This document shows positions 39,084 to 49,522 of a stretch of DNA of 64,000 nt, one piece after another (within the stretch, counting starts at the first letter, position 1; each line of letters begins with the position of its first letter). The stretch comes from a virus (taxonomy: Duplodnaviria > Caudoviricetes): IMG/VR virus record IMGVR_UViG_3300033073_001332, positions 64,001 through 128,000 of that record, one strand, 5' to 3'. The notes under the pieces are model-generated. The model had not been told where the DNA came from, searched no databases, and was given only the letters and a program-made list of their open reading frames with translations. Position numbers and translations under genes: made by a program.

Positions 39084-39701
39084 TTATTGTAGTTTTTTAA
39101 TCTTATTTACTTTACCTACAAATAAGTGATTACCCACTTTAAATTGTATTGTATCATTAGAGTTACTTGTAGATTCTACTAACATACCAGCTTCTTTCAA
39201 TTCTTCTCTTACGACATCTCTTACTGTGTCTCTAACCACATCACGTATCATAGATTTCATTTCATTTATATTGAAATTAGACGGAGATGATTGTTGTTGG
39301 TTAGTTGTTGGAATCTTAACTGATTGTGGTTGTTGAGCCGATGTGCTTTTATTCATATTCATTAATCTTTGGGCTCCTTCAATAATATCATCACTAATTG
39401 CTGCACCACCACCCATAGAACTTGGTTGAACTATTGGTTGTTCAATCATTAGTCTTTTAATCTCATCGGGTAGTTTTGAATTTTTAATTCTACTTTCATC
39501 TAATGGTTGTGTTGGGTCAAAATTTGATTTTTGTTGTGAAACTTCACCCATAAATTCTTGTGGGATATTGTAAGAAGCGTTTGGTGTTTCAAAATTTTCT
39601 ACAATAGGTGTTGATGGTGTTGCGGTTCCTCTTTGTATACCAGAATGAACATCCATTATTTTTTTTGATATTGCTAATTTTTGCATTAAATCGTTTGACA
39701 T
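39084..39701 (-). CDS. Hypothetical protein
   Basis: 205-aa ORF, last gene of a late operon. Confidence 0.65.
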   Translation of the reverse strand: MSNDLMQKLAISKKIMDVHSGIQRGTATPSTPIVENFETPNASYNIPQEFMGEVSQQKSNFDPTQPLDESRIKNSKLPDEIKRLMIEQPIVQPSSMGGGAAISDDIIEGAQRLMNMNKSTSAQQPQSVKIPTTNQQQSSPSNFNINEMKSMIRDVVRDTVRDVVREELKEAGMLVESTSNSNDTIQFKVGNHLFVGKVNKIKKLQ

Positions 39702-39702
39702 A

Positions 39703-40104
39703 TTATGCTAAGTTTTCAGTATTATCGTCAAATTTTGCATTTACAATAACCCTAACCATAGACTTGTCACCGTTAGGATTATATAAAGGTCTGACTTCAG
39801 TAAACTTATCTCCTTGTAATTGATAAGTCAATATTTTATCTATTCTAAAAAGTCTCCATCCAGGAATTGGATTACCATCGACTTTGTTTGAGTGAGATGC
39901 TCCTCCTCTTTCCCAAGCCCTCAATACCATGTTTCCTTTTTTACTAACCCCTAAGCAAACCGGCTCGATATCACGATATCCTTTACCATATTCGTCACCA
40001 TCATAATTAATTGTAATCACATTTTTTTGTTTGATGCTTTTTTGAACATCATCAATCGATGCGACTTCGGTAATAAGTTTACTTAAAGTTTTAATTAACT
40101 TCAT
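39703..40104 (-). CDS. Stand-alone WYL-domain protein
   Basis: ITINY..G.RDIEPVCLG..VLRAW..GWRLFRIDKI. Confidence 0.8.
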   Translation of the reverse strand: MKLIKTLSKLITEVASIDDVQKSIKQKNVITINYDGDEYGKGYRDIEPVCLGVSKKGNMVLRAWERGGASHSNKVDGNPIPGWRLFRIDKILTYQLQGDKFTEVRPLYNPNGDKSMVRVIVNAKFDDNTENLA

Positions 40105-40394
40105 GATACGGTGTAGTAAGGATTGTTTTGTGAAAATTTATTTATTTTTAAATCATCTTTTCTTTCTGTGATATCTGTGGATGTTCCTGCTTTCTGATTG
40201 TATACATCTAAATCACCACCAGTACCTCTACCAATTTTATCACCATCAGCAATTGCATCAGGGTGCACTGATGAATATTGGTCAGCGGGATTAAAATCAT
40301 TTCTTGGAAATAACTTTTTTCTTTGTTCTTCTGCGATTCTGGATAATTCGTTGTTTGGTTGTGAAAAATCCATTTTATCTGATTGAACTGCCAT
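40101..40394 (-). CDS. Hypothetical protein
   Basis: 97-aa ORF coupled to neighbours. Confidence 0.6.
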   Translation of the reverse strand: MAVQSDKMDFSQPNNELSRIAEEQRKKLFPRNDFNPADQYSSVHPDAIADGDKIGRGTGGDLDVYNQKAGTSTDITERKDDLKINKFSQNNPYYTVS

Positions 40395-40858
40395 TATAAT
40401 AATTTTTTATATAGTTTATTCATTTCATCAATTTCTTCATTAACTCTTGGGTCAATATCTGAATTTGTTTTTGTGTGTGAATCTAATGGATTCTTTATTA
40501 GTTGGTCTTTTTGATGGTTATCAATAAATTGATTTTGCATCCCTGCATTCATTTTAACCGTTTTACCGTTTTTATCATTTTCTCTCCAAACCCTTAATAC
40601 CTCATCACACCAATTTCTCATTCTGTCACCACCATTTAATATAAATGGAGCGTCTTCTTTTTTTCCTGAATAGTTGTCAAACCAACTTTTTATTCTTTTA
40701 ATTTGTTGATACGTTGCTTTCTTTGATTGTCTTAGTTGTTGGTTCCTGTTATAACCCTCAATGTTTTGATTACCTTGAACCGAACCAAAACAATCATTAA
40801 GATGTTTAACTAAACTATCTGGAATAATTGCAATCCTATCGTATAAATTTTTATTCAT
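40394..40858 (-). CDS. Hypothetical protein
   Basis: 154-aa ORF coupled to neighbours. Confidence 0.6.
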   Translation of the reverse strand: MNKNLYDRIAIIPDSLVKHLNDCFGSVQGNQNIEGYNRNQQLRQSKKATYQQIKRIKSWFDNYSGKKEDAPFILNGGDRMRNWCDEVLRVWRENDKNGKTVKMNAGMQNQFIDNHQKDQLIKNPLDSHTKTNSDIDPRVNEEIDEMNKLYKKLL

Positions 40859-41594
40859 CCTTTAACATATCTATTAATTCTTTCACAGAAACACCATGCT
40901 CCTTAGCCATTTTTTTCAATGACCTAATGTTTCTAATTAAAAGAGGATTAATTAAATCTTTTAATTGTTTTTTTTCAGTATTATCTTCATCTTTTTCTTT
41001 ATTTAATAATACTTCCTCACCTATCTCTTTTTCTTTTAAAATAGGTCTACCTATAAAACCTTTTTTATTTTTGTATCGTGATTTCTTATCTCTTTCAGGA
41101 CTTTTACCAAATTCGTCATCAACTCTCTCTTCCGCCTTCTCATCATCCATACCCAATTCATCTTTGAAATATTTTAGAGTTTCTTTAGCGTCCATGTCTT
41201 TTGTGTCTTTCCACCCAAATGCTTTGGTCATGTTTTCTTCTTTTACATGACCTTCACCGTAATAACCATACCATCCTCTTAACAATGGGTCTCTTGGGTT
41301 TCTTGCTGCTTGTACTATTTGGTCTGTTGTGTTAGTACCAATACCTGCACTTGCGGGTGATAAGATAGGAATATCGGATGATAACCATGTTCCATCGTCA
41401 TCAACAAGCTCAGTCACTTCCTGTTCCTTAGGTTTTTCATCAGAAGATTTTATTTTTTTTAAAAATATTTCGTGGGACTTACAAGGCATGTATTTTCTGT
41501 CACCATTTTCATTATGGTAGTGTGAACCAGTACAACCAAGAGTTTTTGCAACTCTCTCAGCCCTTTCTTCTGTTGAGTATTTGTAGGTTTTCAT
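40851..41594 (-). CDS. Hypothetical protein with N-terminal Cys/His module
   Basis: LGCTGSHYH..YMPCKSH; TATTTAT upstream. Confidence 0.6.
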   Translation of the reverse strand: MKTYKYSTEERAERVAKTLGCTGSHYHNENGDRKYMPCKSHEIFLKKIKSSDEKPKEQEVTELVDDDGTWLSSDIPILSPASAGIGTNTTDQIVQAARNPRDPLLRGWYGYYGEGHVKEENMTKAFGWKDTKDMDAKETLKYFKDELGMDDEKAEERVDDEFGKSPERDKKSRYKNKKGFIGRPILKEKEIGEEVLLNKEKDEDNTEKKQLKDLINPLLIRNIRSLKKMAKEHGVSVKELIDMLKDE

Positions 41595-41608
41595 CTGAGC
41601 TTTTACCT

Positions 41609-41634
41609 ATAAATACTCCAAACAAAGTATTTAT
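41609..41634. promoter_or_regulatory. Back-to-back divergent TATTTAT promoters
   Basis: ATAAATA 41609-41615 (minus gene) and TATTTAT 41628-41634 (plus gene), each oriented toward its own gene. Confidence 0.72.
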
Positions 41635-41645
41635 CATAAAAAAGA

Positions 41646-43796
41646 ATGCCCACTCAGAATTTAAATACATATTATTATCCGAAGTATAAAACTTTTTTGA
41701 ATTCAAGGCAATATTTTGACCTTACATTGGCTGCGGATGAAAGAGATTACGATGAAGAAGTTGTTTTCTCTAATGACATAATCGCTGCGAACGATGGGAA
41801 TAGATTACCTATTAGTTTAGATTTGAATAATACTAACTCTTGTCCTCAGTTGTCAATGTCTTTTGACGTGTTTTATAGTGGTGCAACATTGGTATCTAAA
41901 AATTATTATAATCCTGATAATTTAGACTTAAATTGTTTATCCTCGTTTACAGGAACATGTGATATTGGTTTGACTGCAACCGATAACGGTTTATTTACAG
42001 GAATGACCGGTGAAACATTATACTATACTATGGGTATAAGAGATGACTATAAGTTTCATCCACATTACTATGATAGAAGAATGAAACTTCACATGGTTAC
42101 AGGTTATACCACACCACCTAATACCGTATTTTCAGGTAGACCAAAAACATCCATTTATAATATAGTTTCTAAAAATGAACCAACAATTGGGTATTACCAA
42201 GAATTGTACGGAGGTTTTTATCAAGGGTTTTATAAATTGTTTGGTTATGATTATGAAGTTTTCCCTGAAAGACTAAATAAAGGGTGGACTATGGAAACCG
42301 TAATCAAACCTAGAATTTTAGACCAATACAACATCAATACAAATACTGAAGAATATTTAAACACAAGATATCCTGAAAACGAGGGAACATTTTTTTATTT
42401 TGGAACAAGAGCTGAAAACAAATACTACCATTATGCTGATGGGAACCCCGCTAGTGATAGTGGATATACAAGGGTTACTTCAGGATTAACATCTTTAAGT
42501 AGTTGTACATGTAATGAAAGTGGATATACAAATGCTAATTGTGTAAAACTTTACCCAACAAGTGCAACAACCGCATATCACAACATCGGTTGTAAATGTG
42601 GAGGTTGTTCATCAAGAGTACCTGTTCCACCATTAGACCCTAAGTTTGATGTATTATCAAATGCGTTATCAATCAGATTTAGTGGTTGTGCTGCAGACCC
42701 AAGAATTTGTGTTAAGTCAATAATCATTACAGGTGATTGTGTGACCACAGGTTCTTGTTCTACTACAGGTTTGACGTGGCAAACAGGTTATACTATATCT
42801 GAAGTTTGTAGCCCACCGATATATGAGATATGTGATTATATATGTTCGGCGATTACCGAAGACAGATGGGTTATGGTTACTGCGGTTTTTGAAAGGTATA
42901 CAACCATAGAAGAGTGTGACCTGTTTAATTTAGGTGGGTTGGGTGATATTAGAGAAGTTACATATCAATCTAATCTTAATGGAACTTCTTATAATTTAAT
43001 AATGCCACCTGAAACACATTCAGGAGGAACTAAAGAAGATAAAGTTTATCGAGTTGTTTTTGATAGAAGATGGTTTGATGATGAGTGGTACAGATTAGGC
43101 CGATTGAAAATCTACATCAATGGTTATTACTTTATGGTTATTGAAAACTTCGAGGAAATTATACCAAGAGAATTAAATTGTGAAAAGGAAAAACAATTAG
43201 GAGTTCCTTTTAACATATCATGGGGTGGAGGTTCACAAGGACTTCACGACCATTTGATTTTCAAAGAGTGCTCGAGTTGGACTTGGTCTGTTGGTAATAT
43301 TGATACGAATTTAGTATATACCGCTTGTAGTGGAAATGTAATAACACTAAGCGGTTTGACAGGTCAATCCGGAACAATATATACCAAATATAATACAACA
43401 CCTTATTTTACATCTGCATCGACAGCAACCACATTAACATATACTGGAAATTACGTACCATTAGAGGGGTCATACATTCAAGACCCTGAATTATTTCCTG
43501 ATGAAATTTTATCAGCAACAACATATAGTGGATTAACAACCCAAATTTTAATGGAACAAAATTTTGGGGGTTCGTTTATGGGTGGATTATCTCAGTTTAG
43601 GATGTATACAGAGGCATTTAATAGTTCACAAGTACAACACAACTTTAGAATACTAAAAGATAGATTTAATTTATTTGACTATTGGTGTCCTAATTGTTTA
43701 ACACCATCAATTAATGCTGGTTTTGAAAATCCAATTTTATTCGGTGAAAACACATTCTTCCAAGTTGGTGAGAACGAATACGTTATGTTTACATAA
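41646..43796 (+). CDS. Cys-rich putative virion protein with split LamG/ConA-like beta-sandwich
   Basis: WTMETVIKP, WVMVTAVF, LKIYING, FMGGLSQFRMY..V.HNF; about 13 [ST]-G-x-[ST] motifs. Confidence 0.6.
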   Translation: MPTQNLNTYYYPKYKTFLNSRQYFDLTLAADERDYDEEVVFSNDIIAANDGNRLPISLDLNNTNSCPQLSMSFDVFYSGATLVSKNYYNPDNLDLNCLSSFTGTCDIGLTATDNGLFTGMTGETLYYTMGIRDDYKFHPHYYDRRMKLHMVTGYTTPPNTVFSGRPKTSIYNIVSKNEPTIGYYQELYGGFYQGFYKLFGYDYEVFPERLNKGWTMETVIKPRILDQYNINTNTEEYLNTRYPENEGTFFYFGTRAENKYYHYADGNPASDSGYTRVTSGLTSLSSCTCNESGYTNANCVKLYPTSATTAYHNIGCKCGGCSSRVPVPPLDPKFDVLSNALSIRFSGCAADPRICVKSIIITGDCVTTGSCSTTGLTWQTGYTISEVCSPPIYEICDYICSAITEDRWVMVTAVFERYTTIEECDLFNLGGLGDIREVTYQSNLNGTSYNLIMPPETHSGGTKEDKVYRVVFDRRWFDDEWYRLGRLKIYINGYYFMVIENFEEIIPRELNCEKEKQLGVPFNISWGGGSQGLHDHLIFKECSSWTWSVGNIDTNLVYTACSGNVITLSGLTGQSGTIYTKYNTTPYFTSASTATTLTYTGNYVPLEGSYIQDPELFPDEILSATTYSGLTTQILMEQNFGGSFMGGLSQFRMYTEAFNSSQVQHNFRILKDRFNLFDYWCPNCLTPSINAGFENPILFGENTFFQVGENEYVMFT

Positions 43797-43836
43797 ACAA
43801 TACAACAATGATTAATATATTTATAAAATAAAAATT

Positions 43837-45906
43837 ATGGCACTTACAGGTAAAACTATATCAGAATTAAATTATTTATCGGCAGCAACAAGCAATACTC
43901 TGTTTCCTGTTGAATTATCGGGTTTAACTTATTATGTCCCGTATTCTGGTATGACCGGAATTGTAGGTGGGAATACACCAATATCTATCACATATGATGA
44001 ATTATATTCACTATACACTGGAGGAACTTTAAGTGCCGGTAGACTTTATTTAATTACAGATTTTCAAACCTGTTACGACCAACCAAATTATGATAGTCAA
44101 GGAACACCTATTACTACTGGAAATTTTAAATCAGGTAATACAGAACAAATTGTTGTTTTAGCAACGGCAAGTAATAAATTATCACCACAAGCTTATTCAT
44201 TGGATTATCCTGATGATATATTAAAATATGACATAACTTTCAGATTTACTGAGGTAACTAATACCCGAGCAAAAGGAAGGATAACAGAACGTATTGATAG
44301 ATTTAATAATAGAACAGACTATGATTTTAGAGCAGTTCAATTTATTAGATATGTTGGGTATTTCTCTGAAAGATTTTATGATGGTAAAATTACCTTAACA
44401 TCAAGTAATGGTCTTGTCACAGGTACAACAACGTTGTTTTTAAGTAATTTCTCTAACGGCGATATTTTTGGTGTTTACTACCCTTATGGAGCAACTTTAT
44501 CTTGCTTCAAATATTACGAAATTACATCAATAGTTAGTGATACTGAAATGTATGTCACAGGTAGGACTTTAACAGATATAAGTAATACCTATTTCTCAAG
44601 AGGTTTAACATTACCTAATTATAGTAGTCCTTTTCAAAACAACGTTACGGGAGGTACAAACGATGATTTTGCAGAATATTATACATTTGATGAAAATAGC
44701 TACGGAACTTATATCGGAAATAATAGTGATTATTACGTCTTTATACTTTCAAATAATGTATTCAAAGCTGGAAATTATTACAATAATATTTTTGGGGAAA
44801 ACTCAATTTGTAACACTTTAGATGATGATATGGATTCAAACACATTCGGACCTTTTTCATCATTTAATATTTTAACTAATGATTTTGACAGGAATACGGT
44901 AGGTCCTTTCTTTGAAAGTAATATTATCGATTGTGATATGGAAGGTAATATTATAGGTGAAAGATTTTCATTTAATATGATTGGTGATGCAGACGGACCC
45001 GACTTTGATTACAATAGAATTGGTTTTGGTTATAGATATAATTTTTTAACCTTGAATAATAATTCGTTTAGTAATAATGATATTGGGTATAATTTTTCAA
45101 GTAATATTATTGATAGTGGTTTTAGAAATAATGTTGTAGTTGGGGACTTTACTCTGAACGTAATTGTTTATAATGATTTTAATGATAATTTTATAGGTAA
45201 TAATTTCTACAATAATAATATCCCTGTTGGATTCTCAAATAACAATATAGGGGGTCAATTTTATGACAACAATATTTGGAGTGTTTTTAATGACAATACT
45301 TTAGGTGAAAATGTTTTTACAAATAACTTTGGTAATCCAAATAGTATAGGAACATACCAATTCAATGGTAATAAAATCGGAGGAGACTTTGGGAATAATT
45401 ATTTTTCAGGTAATACTCAATTCAATACTATTGGTTTTTCATGTACGACTAATCATGTGGACAATAATTTTTCATATAATCAAATAGGTTATGGTTTTTA
45501 TAATAATACGATAGCTAATGATTTTGGCTTTGGTGGCGGTAACTACAGAGGAAATATTATTGGTAACGGATTTGTGTCTAATGTGATAGGGGAATATTGT
45601 TATGATAATACATTTGGTGACGAATGTGCTTCTAATAATCTTGGGAACTATTTCACAAACAATAAGATTTCACACTCTTTTAACAATGTAACTACAGTTG
45701 ACTTAGACACTTCAGGTTATTTTCAAAATAATAATTTTACCTACGGATTTTTCAATGTGAATTTAACGTTAACAGGAGGAACAGGTGGAAACCCAATATT
45801 TTACACACAAATAACTACTAATGTTGTAAAAGACTCGGTGGATAATACGGGTTACGTTACCTTCTTGAGTGGTGGTACAATAGTTGCCAGAACAATAATT
45901 GTTTAA
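43837..45906 (+). CDS. Tail fibre/appendage-like protein with C-terminal beta-helix repeats
   Basis: KTISEL N-terminus, YLITDFQT, many N-x-I-G-x-x-F-x-x-N repeats. Confidence 0.65.
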   Translation: MALTGKTISELNYLSAATSNTLFPVELSGLTYYVPYSGMTGIVGGNTPISITYDELYSLYTGGTLSAGRLYLITDFQTCYDQPNYDSQGTPITTGNFKSGNTEQIVVLATASNKLSPQAYSLDYPDDILKYDITFRFTEVTNTRAKGRITERIDRFNNRTDYDFRAVQFIRYVGYFSERFYDGKITLTSSNGLVTGTTTLFLSNFSNGDIFGVYYPYGATLSCFKYYEITSIVSDTEMYVTGRTLTDISNTYFSRGLTLPNYSSPFQNNVTGGTNDDFAEYYTFDENSYGTYIGNNSDYYVFILSNNVFKAGNYYNNIFGENSICNTLDDDMDSNTFGPFSSFNILTNDFDRNTVGPFFESNIIDCDMEGNIIGERFSFNMIGDADGPDFDYNRIGFGYRYNFLTLNNNSFSNNDIGYNFSSNIIDSGFRNNVVVGDFTLNVIVYNDFNDNFIGNNFYNNNIPVGFSNNNIGGQFYDNNIWSVFNDNTLGENVFTNNFGNPNSIGTYQFNGNKIGGDFGNNYFSGNTQFNTIGFSCTTNHVDNNFSYNQIGYGFYNNTIANDFGFGGGNYRGNIIGNGFVSNVIGEYCYDNTFGDECASNNLGNYFTNNKISHSFNNVTTVDLDTSGYFQNNNFTYGFFNVNLTLTGGTGGNPIFYTQITTNVVKDSVDNTGYVTFLSGGTIVARTIIV

Positions 45907-45919
45907 AACTTTTTAAATT

Positions 45920-46273
45920 TTGGAATTTTTTATTAAACAAAACACAACTTTACCAATCATCAAAATGGATGTCGTTTTTGATGGAAGAACCGATGCTGGT
46001 GAAAATTTTTATTCAGTTTTAGATAATGCCACTTTGAGGTTTTCTATGGTAAATGAAAGTAACGGAATACCAAAGGTAAGTATGAAGCAAGCATATATTG
46101 TTGCAAAAGATAAAAGAAATCCCGATGCGCCATGGGAATACTACATTTACTATAAATGGGGTTCAAAAGATACAAATACAAAAGGAAGATTTTTAGGACA
46201 ATTTTTAGTTATATTAGAGTCGGGAGAACTGATTTCACCAATTAGAGAAAATCTTTATATCAATATTATTTGA
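45920..46273 (+). CDS. Hypothetical beta-sandwich protein (TTG start)
   Basis: FFIKQN.TLP..YYKW..DT..G.F.GQF pattern. Confidence 0.6.
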   Translation: MEFFIKQNTTLPIIKMDVVFDGRTDAGENFYSVLDNATLRFSMVNESNGIPKVSMKQAYIVAKDKRNPDAPWEYYIYYKWGSKDTNTKGRFLGQFLVILESGELISPIRENLYINII

Positions 46274-46300
46274 CATGGGTAAATTTTACCTATATATTTA
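46269..46300 (+). promoter_or_regulatory. Host-sigma promoter of DNA polymerase with palindromic spacer
   Basis: TTGACA(46270)-N17-TATATT(46293); spacer contains GGTAAA-T-TTTACC. Confidence 0.65.
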
Positions 46301-46360
46301 AGACGAAGGTAAATGTCGAACCTATTCGACAGCAAATACACCAAACTTAAATATAAAATT

Positions 46361-49186
46361 ATGGTTCCACAAGAAGAAATTGAACGCTTTTTATTAGGCG
46401 AAGACGACGAAAAATATATCGTTTCACTCGAATACGATTACAAATCCTCAAAAATTTATAAAGTAATACAAGACCCTATTAAGGGTAAGTTGTTACGTCC
46501 TGACACATTTATCCCATTTGCTTGGGTTGGTGACTTAAAGGGTAAAAACTTTTATAAAAACGATAAACACGCACAAAAACGTGCGATGAGTGAGAACGGT
46601 ATTATCATAGAAAAATTAGATACTCACGGAGACGAACGTTTAGAGAACGGATTAAAATACATCGTTAAAACAACAAAATCATATTCAAACCTTGTAAACT
46701 TCTTTAAGGGTGGAGGTTTAGACCCGTGGGGTAGAGATAATACGGATAGTATCCAAATCCTATCACCGGTAGAACAATACTTAATTCAAAAAAACAAACG
46801 ACTATTCAAAGGGTTTGAGGAATACGATGAAATCCACAGGTTCGTATTCGATATCGAGACCACAGGTCTTGACCCCAAAACAAGTAAGATATTCTTGATA
46901 GGGATGAAAGACAATCGTGGCTTCTTAAAATTATTATCAGCACAAAATGAAGATGAAGAACGTCAAATGATTGTTGACTTCTTTAAGACTATTGATGAAT
47001 TGAAACCATCTTTAGTTGGTGGTTACAACTCAGCATTCTTTGACTTCCCATTCATTTTGAAACGTGCTGAGATTTTGAAATTGAACATCAAAAAAATATG
47101 TAAGACATTACATCCTGATTATACTTTGAAACAAAAAGATGGTATCCTAAAGTTAGCAAACGAAATGGAACCATATGTACAAACACAAATGTGGGGATAT
47201 AACATTGTAGATATCGCACATGCTGTTCGTAGAGCTCAAGCAATCAACTCAGATATTAAGAGTTGGTCTTTGAAGTACATCACCAAATTTATTGAAGCCG
47301 AAAAAGCGAGTCGTGTTTATGTAGAAGGGGATAAGATTGGTAAAATATATTTTGAAAATGAGGATTACTTTTTGAATCCTGAAAGTGGTGGATTTAAGAA
47401 GGTAGGTATGCCAGGTACTGAAAATCTATTGGAAAGATTTCCTGGTAAGTTTTTAGAAGTAAAAGGTTCAAACATTATTGAACGATACTTGGACGATGAC
47501 CTTTATGAAACGATGGTAGTTGACGAGCAGTTCAATCAAGCAAACTTCTTATTGTCAAAGCTTGTACCAACAACATACGAAAGACTTTCAACGATGGGAA
47601 CTGCAACATTATGGAAAATGATTATGTCCGCATGGTCTTATAAACATAATTTAGCAATCCCAAGAAAGTTAGAGAAACGAAAGTTTACAGGTGGTCTTTC
47701 TCGTTTAGTACAGGTAGGTTATTCTAAAAACGTATTGAAACTTGACTACTCTTCACTATATCCTTCTATTCAGTTGGTTCATGATGTGTTCCCCGCTTGT
47801 GATGTAACGGGAGCAATGAAAAGTATGTTAAAGTACTTCCGAGACACTCGTATCAAGTACAAGAATTTGGCAAGTGAATATAAAACAATTGACCCGAAAC
47901 TTGCAATTTCATATGACAGAAAGCAGTTACCAATCAAAATCTTTATTAACGCATTCTTTGGTTCGTTATCTGCACCACAAGTATTTCCGTGGGGTGATAT
48001 TGATATGGGTGAACAAATTACTTGTACAGGTAGACAATACCTTCGTCAGATGATTATGTTCTTTATGAAAAGAGGTTATGTTCCATTAGTAATGGACACC
48101 GATGGTGTGAACTTTGAAACCCCACAAGATAGAATTGACTACAAGTATATTGGTAAGGGTCTTAACGGGTTAGTAAAAGAAGGAAAAGAATATGTTGGAG
48201 CAGAGGCTGATGTTGCTGAGTATAATGACCTATTCTTACGTGGAGAAATGGGTCTCGATATTGATGGGGTATGGCCTTCAACCATTAACGTGGCTCGTAA
48301 AAACTACGCACTTCTAACAGACAAAGGAAAAGTTAAACTTACAGGTAATACCATTAAATCTAAAAAACTTCAAACATATGTTGCAGAATTTTTGGATACT
48401 GGTCTACGAATGTTATTAGACGGTAAGGGTGGTGAGTTTTTAGATTTCTACTACGAATATGTAGAAAAACTTTACTATAGGCAAATTCCTTTGGCTAAAA
48501 TCGCAAACAAAGCCCGTGTTAAACAATCTATTGATGATTACAAAGTTCACATTACTAAAACAACAAAGGCTGGTAATATGATGTCCCGTCAAGCACACAT
48601 GGAACTTTTAATTAAAGAAGGTAAAAATCCTGGTCTTGGTGATACTATTTTTTACGTAAACAATGGAGAAAAGAAATCACATGGTGATGTACAAAAAAAG
48701 AAAGATGAACTTGTTTTGAATTGTTATCTGATTGATGAGAGGGATATTGAAATGAATCCTGATTTATTAGGTGAATATAATGTCCCAAGATATTTGGCAG
48801 CTTTCAATAAAAGAATTGAACCTCTATTGGTTGTCTACAAACCTGAAATCAGAGAAGACATTCTAATTGAAGACCCTAAGGATAGACCAATATTTACAAA
48901 ATCACAAACTGAATTGGTTCGTGGTTATCCTATGAAAGAAGCACATCAAGATACTTTAGATGAGGTACTTTCATTATCTGATATGGAGTTAACATTTTGG
49001 CAGAGTGTTGGAATTGACCCATACTACATGTATTTAGAAAATACTTTAGATTTAGTGGATATGGATTGGGTTGGAAAAAATAGACATATGATGGATGAGT
49101 ATGTAAAACAAAACAAGAAAGTAGACCAAGACGAATATTATGAATTTGATGCTGATGGAGATTTGATGGCTCTTAGTTTCGACTAA
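46361..49186 (+). CDS. polB: Family B DNA polymerase (start likely ATG 46361)
   Basis: ExoI FDIETTG, GYNSAFFD; LDYSSLYPS, KIFINAFFG, MDTDG, KNYA. Confidence 0.96.
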   Translation: MVPQEEIERFLLGEDDEKYIVSLEYDYKSSKIYKVIQDPIKGKLLRPDTFIPFAWVGDLKGKNFYKNDKHAQKRAMSENGIIIEKLDTHGDERLENGLKYIVKTTKSYSNLVNFFKGGGLDPWGRDNTDSIQILSPVEQYLIQKNKRLFKGFEEYDEIHRFVFDIETTGLDPKTSKIFLIGMKDNRGFLKLLSAQNEDEERQMIVDFFKTIDELKPSLVGGYNSAFFDFPFILKRAEILKLNIKKICKTLHPDYTLKQKDGILKLANEMEPYVQTQMWGYNIVDIAHAVRRAQAINSDIKSWSLKYITKFIEAEKASRVYVEGDKIGKIYFENEDYFLNPESGGFKKVGMPGTENLLERFPGKFLEVKGSNIIERYLDDDLYETMVVDEQFNQANFLLSKLVPTTYERLSTMGTATLWKMIMSAWSYKHNLAIPRKLEKRKFTGGLSRLVQVGYSKNVLKLDYSSLYPSIQLVHDVFPACDVTGAMKSMLKYFRDTRIKYKNLASEYKTIDPKLAISYDRKQLPIKIFINAFFGSLSAPQVFPWGDIDMGEQITCTGRQYLRQMIMFFMKRGYVPLVMDTDGVNFETPQDRIDYKYIGKGLNGLVKEGKEYVGAEADVAEYNDLFLRGEMGLDIDGVWPSTINVARKNYALLTDKGKVKLTGNTIKSKKLQTYVAEFLDTGLRMLLDGKGGEFLDFYYEYVEKLYYRQIPLAKIANKARVKQSIDDYKVHITKTTKAGNMMSRQAHMELLIKEGKNPGLGDTIFYVNNGEKKSHGDVQKKKDELVLNCYLIDERDIEMNPDLLGEYNVPRYLAAFNKRIEPLLVVYKPEIREDILIEDPKDRPIFTKSQTELVRGYPMKEAHQDTLDEVLSLSDMELTFWQSVGIDPYYMYLENTLDLVDMDWVGKNRHMMDEYVKQNKKVDQDEYYEFDADGDLMALSFD

Positions 49187-49515
49187 GAGTTTTTCAAACC
49201 ATCTGATGAAAGAATATACCAGTAATCCCCAATTTTACGATATTCAACACAAGCACCCTTATCAAGTTCTATTATATCAAATTCTTCATCAATTAAAGAG
49301 TCTGCGGTAACATCAACTCTTGTTAAAGCCTTTATAACTACATGGTCAGTTGTTTTGGAATCTAAAAATAATTCACATAAGTCGATTCCTTTTATTACAA
49401 TTGCAGATTCACCATTAGTTGTATACTTAGGGTTTGTCACAACAGCAACATCGGACGTCACGATTTCATGACCATTAATAATTCTTTTTGATGGAATAGA
49501 CCTAAAAATTGACAT
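49183..49515 (-). CDS. Hypothetical beta-rich protein
   Basis: 110-aa ORF downstream of neck gene. Confidence 0.6.
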   Translation of the reverse strand: MSIFRSIPSKRIINGHEIVTSDVAVVTNPKYTTNGESAIVIKGIDLCELFLDSKTTDHVVIKALTRVDVTADSLIDEEFDIIELDKGACVEYRKIGDYWYILSSDGLKNS

Positions 49516-49522
49516 AACAAAA

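Noticed and set aside
43837-45906. Diversity-generating retroelement target (AAY-rich)
   Set aside because: No reverse transcriptase or template/variable repeat pair visible in the window
46361-49186. Intein or intron in DNA polymerase, helicase or capsid
   Set aside because: No intein splice-junction or LAGLIDADG/HNH motifs seen; catalytic motifs are normally spaced and ORFs are uninterrupted
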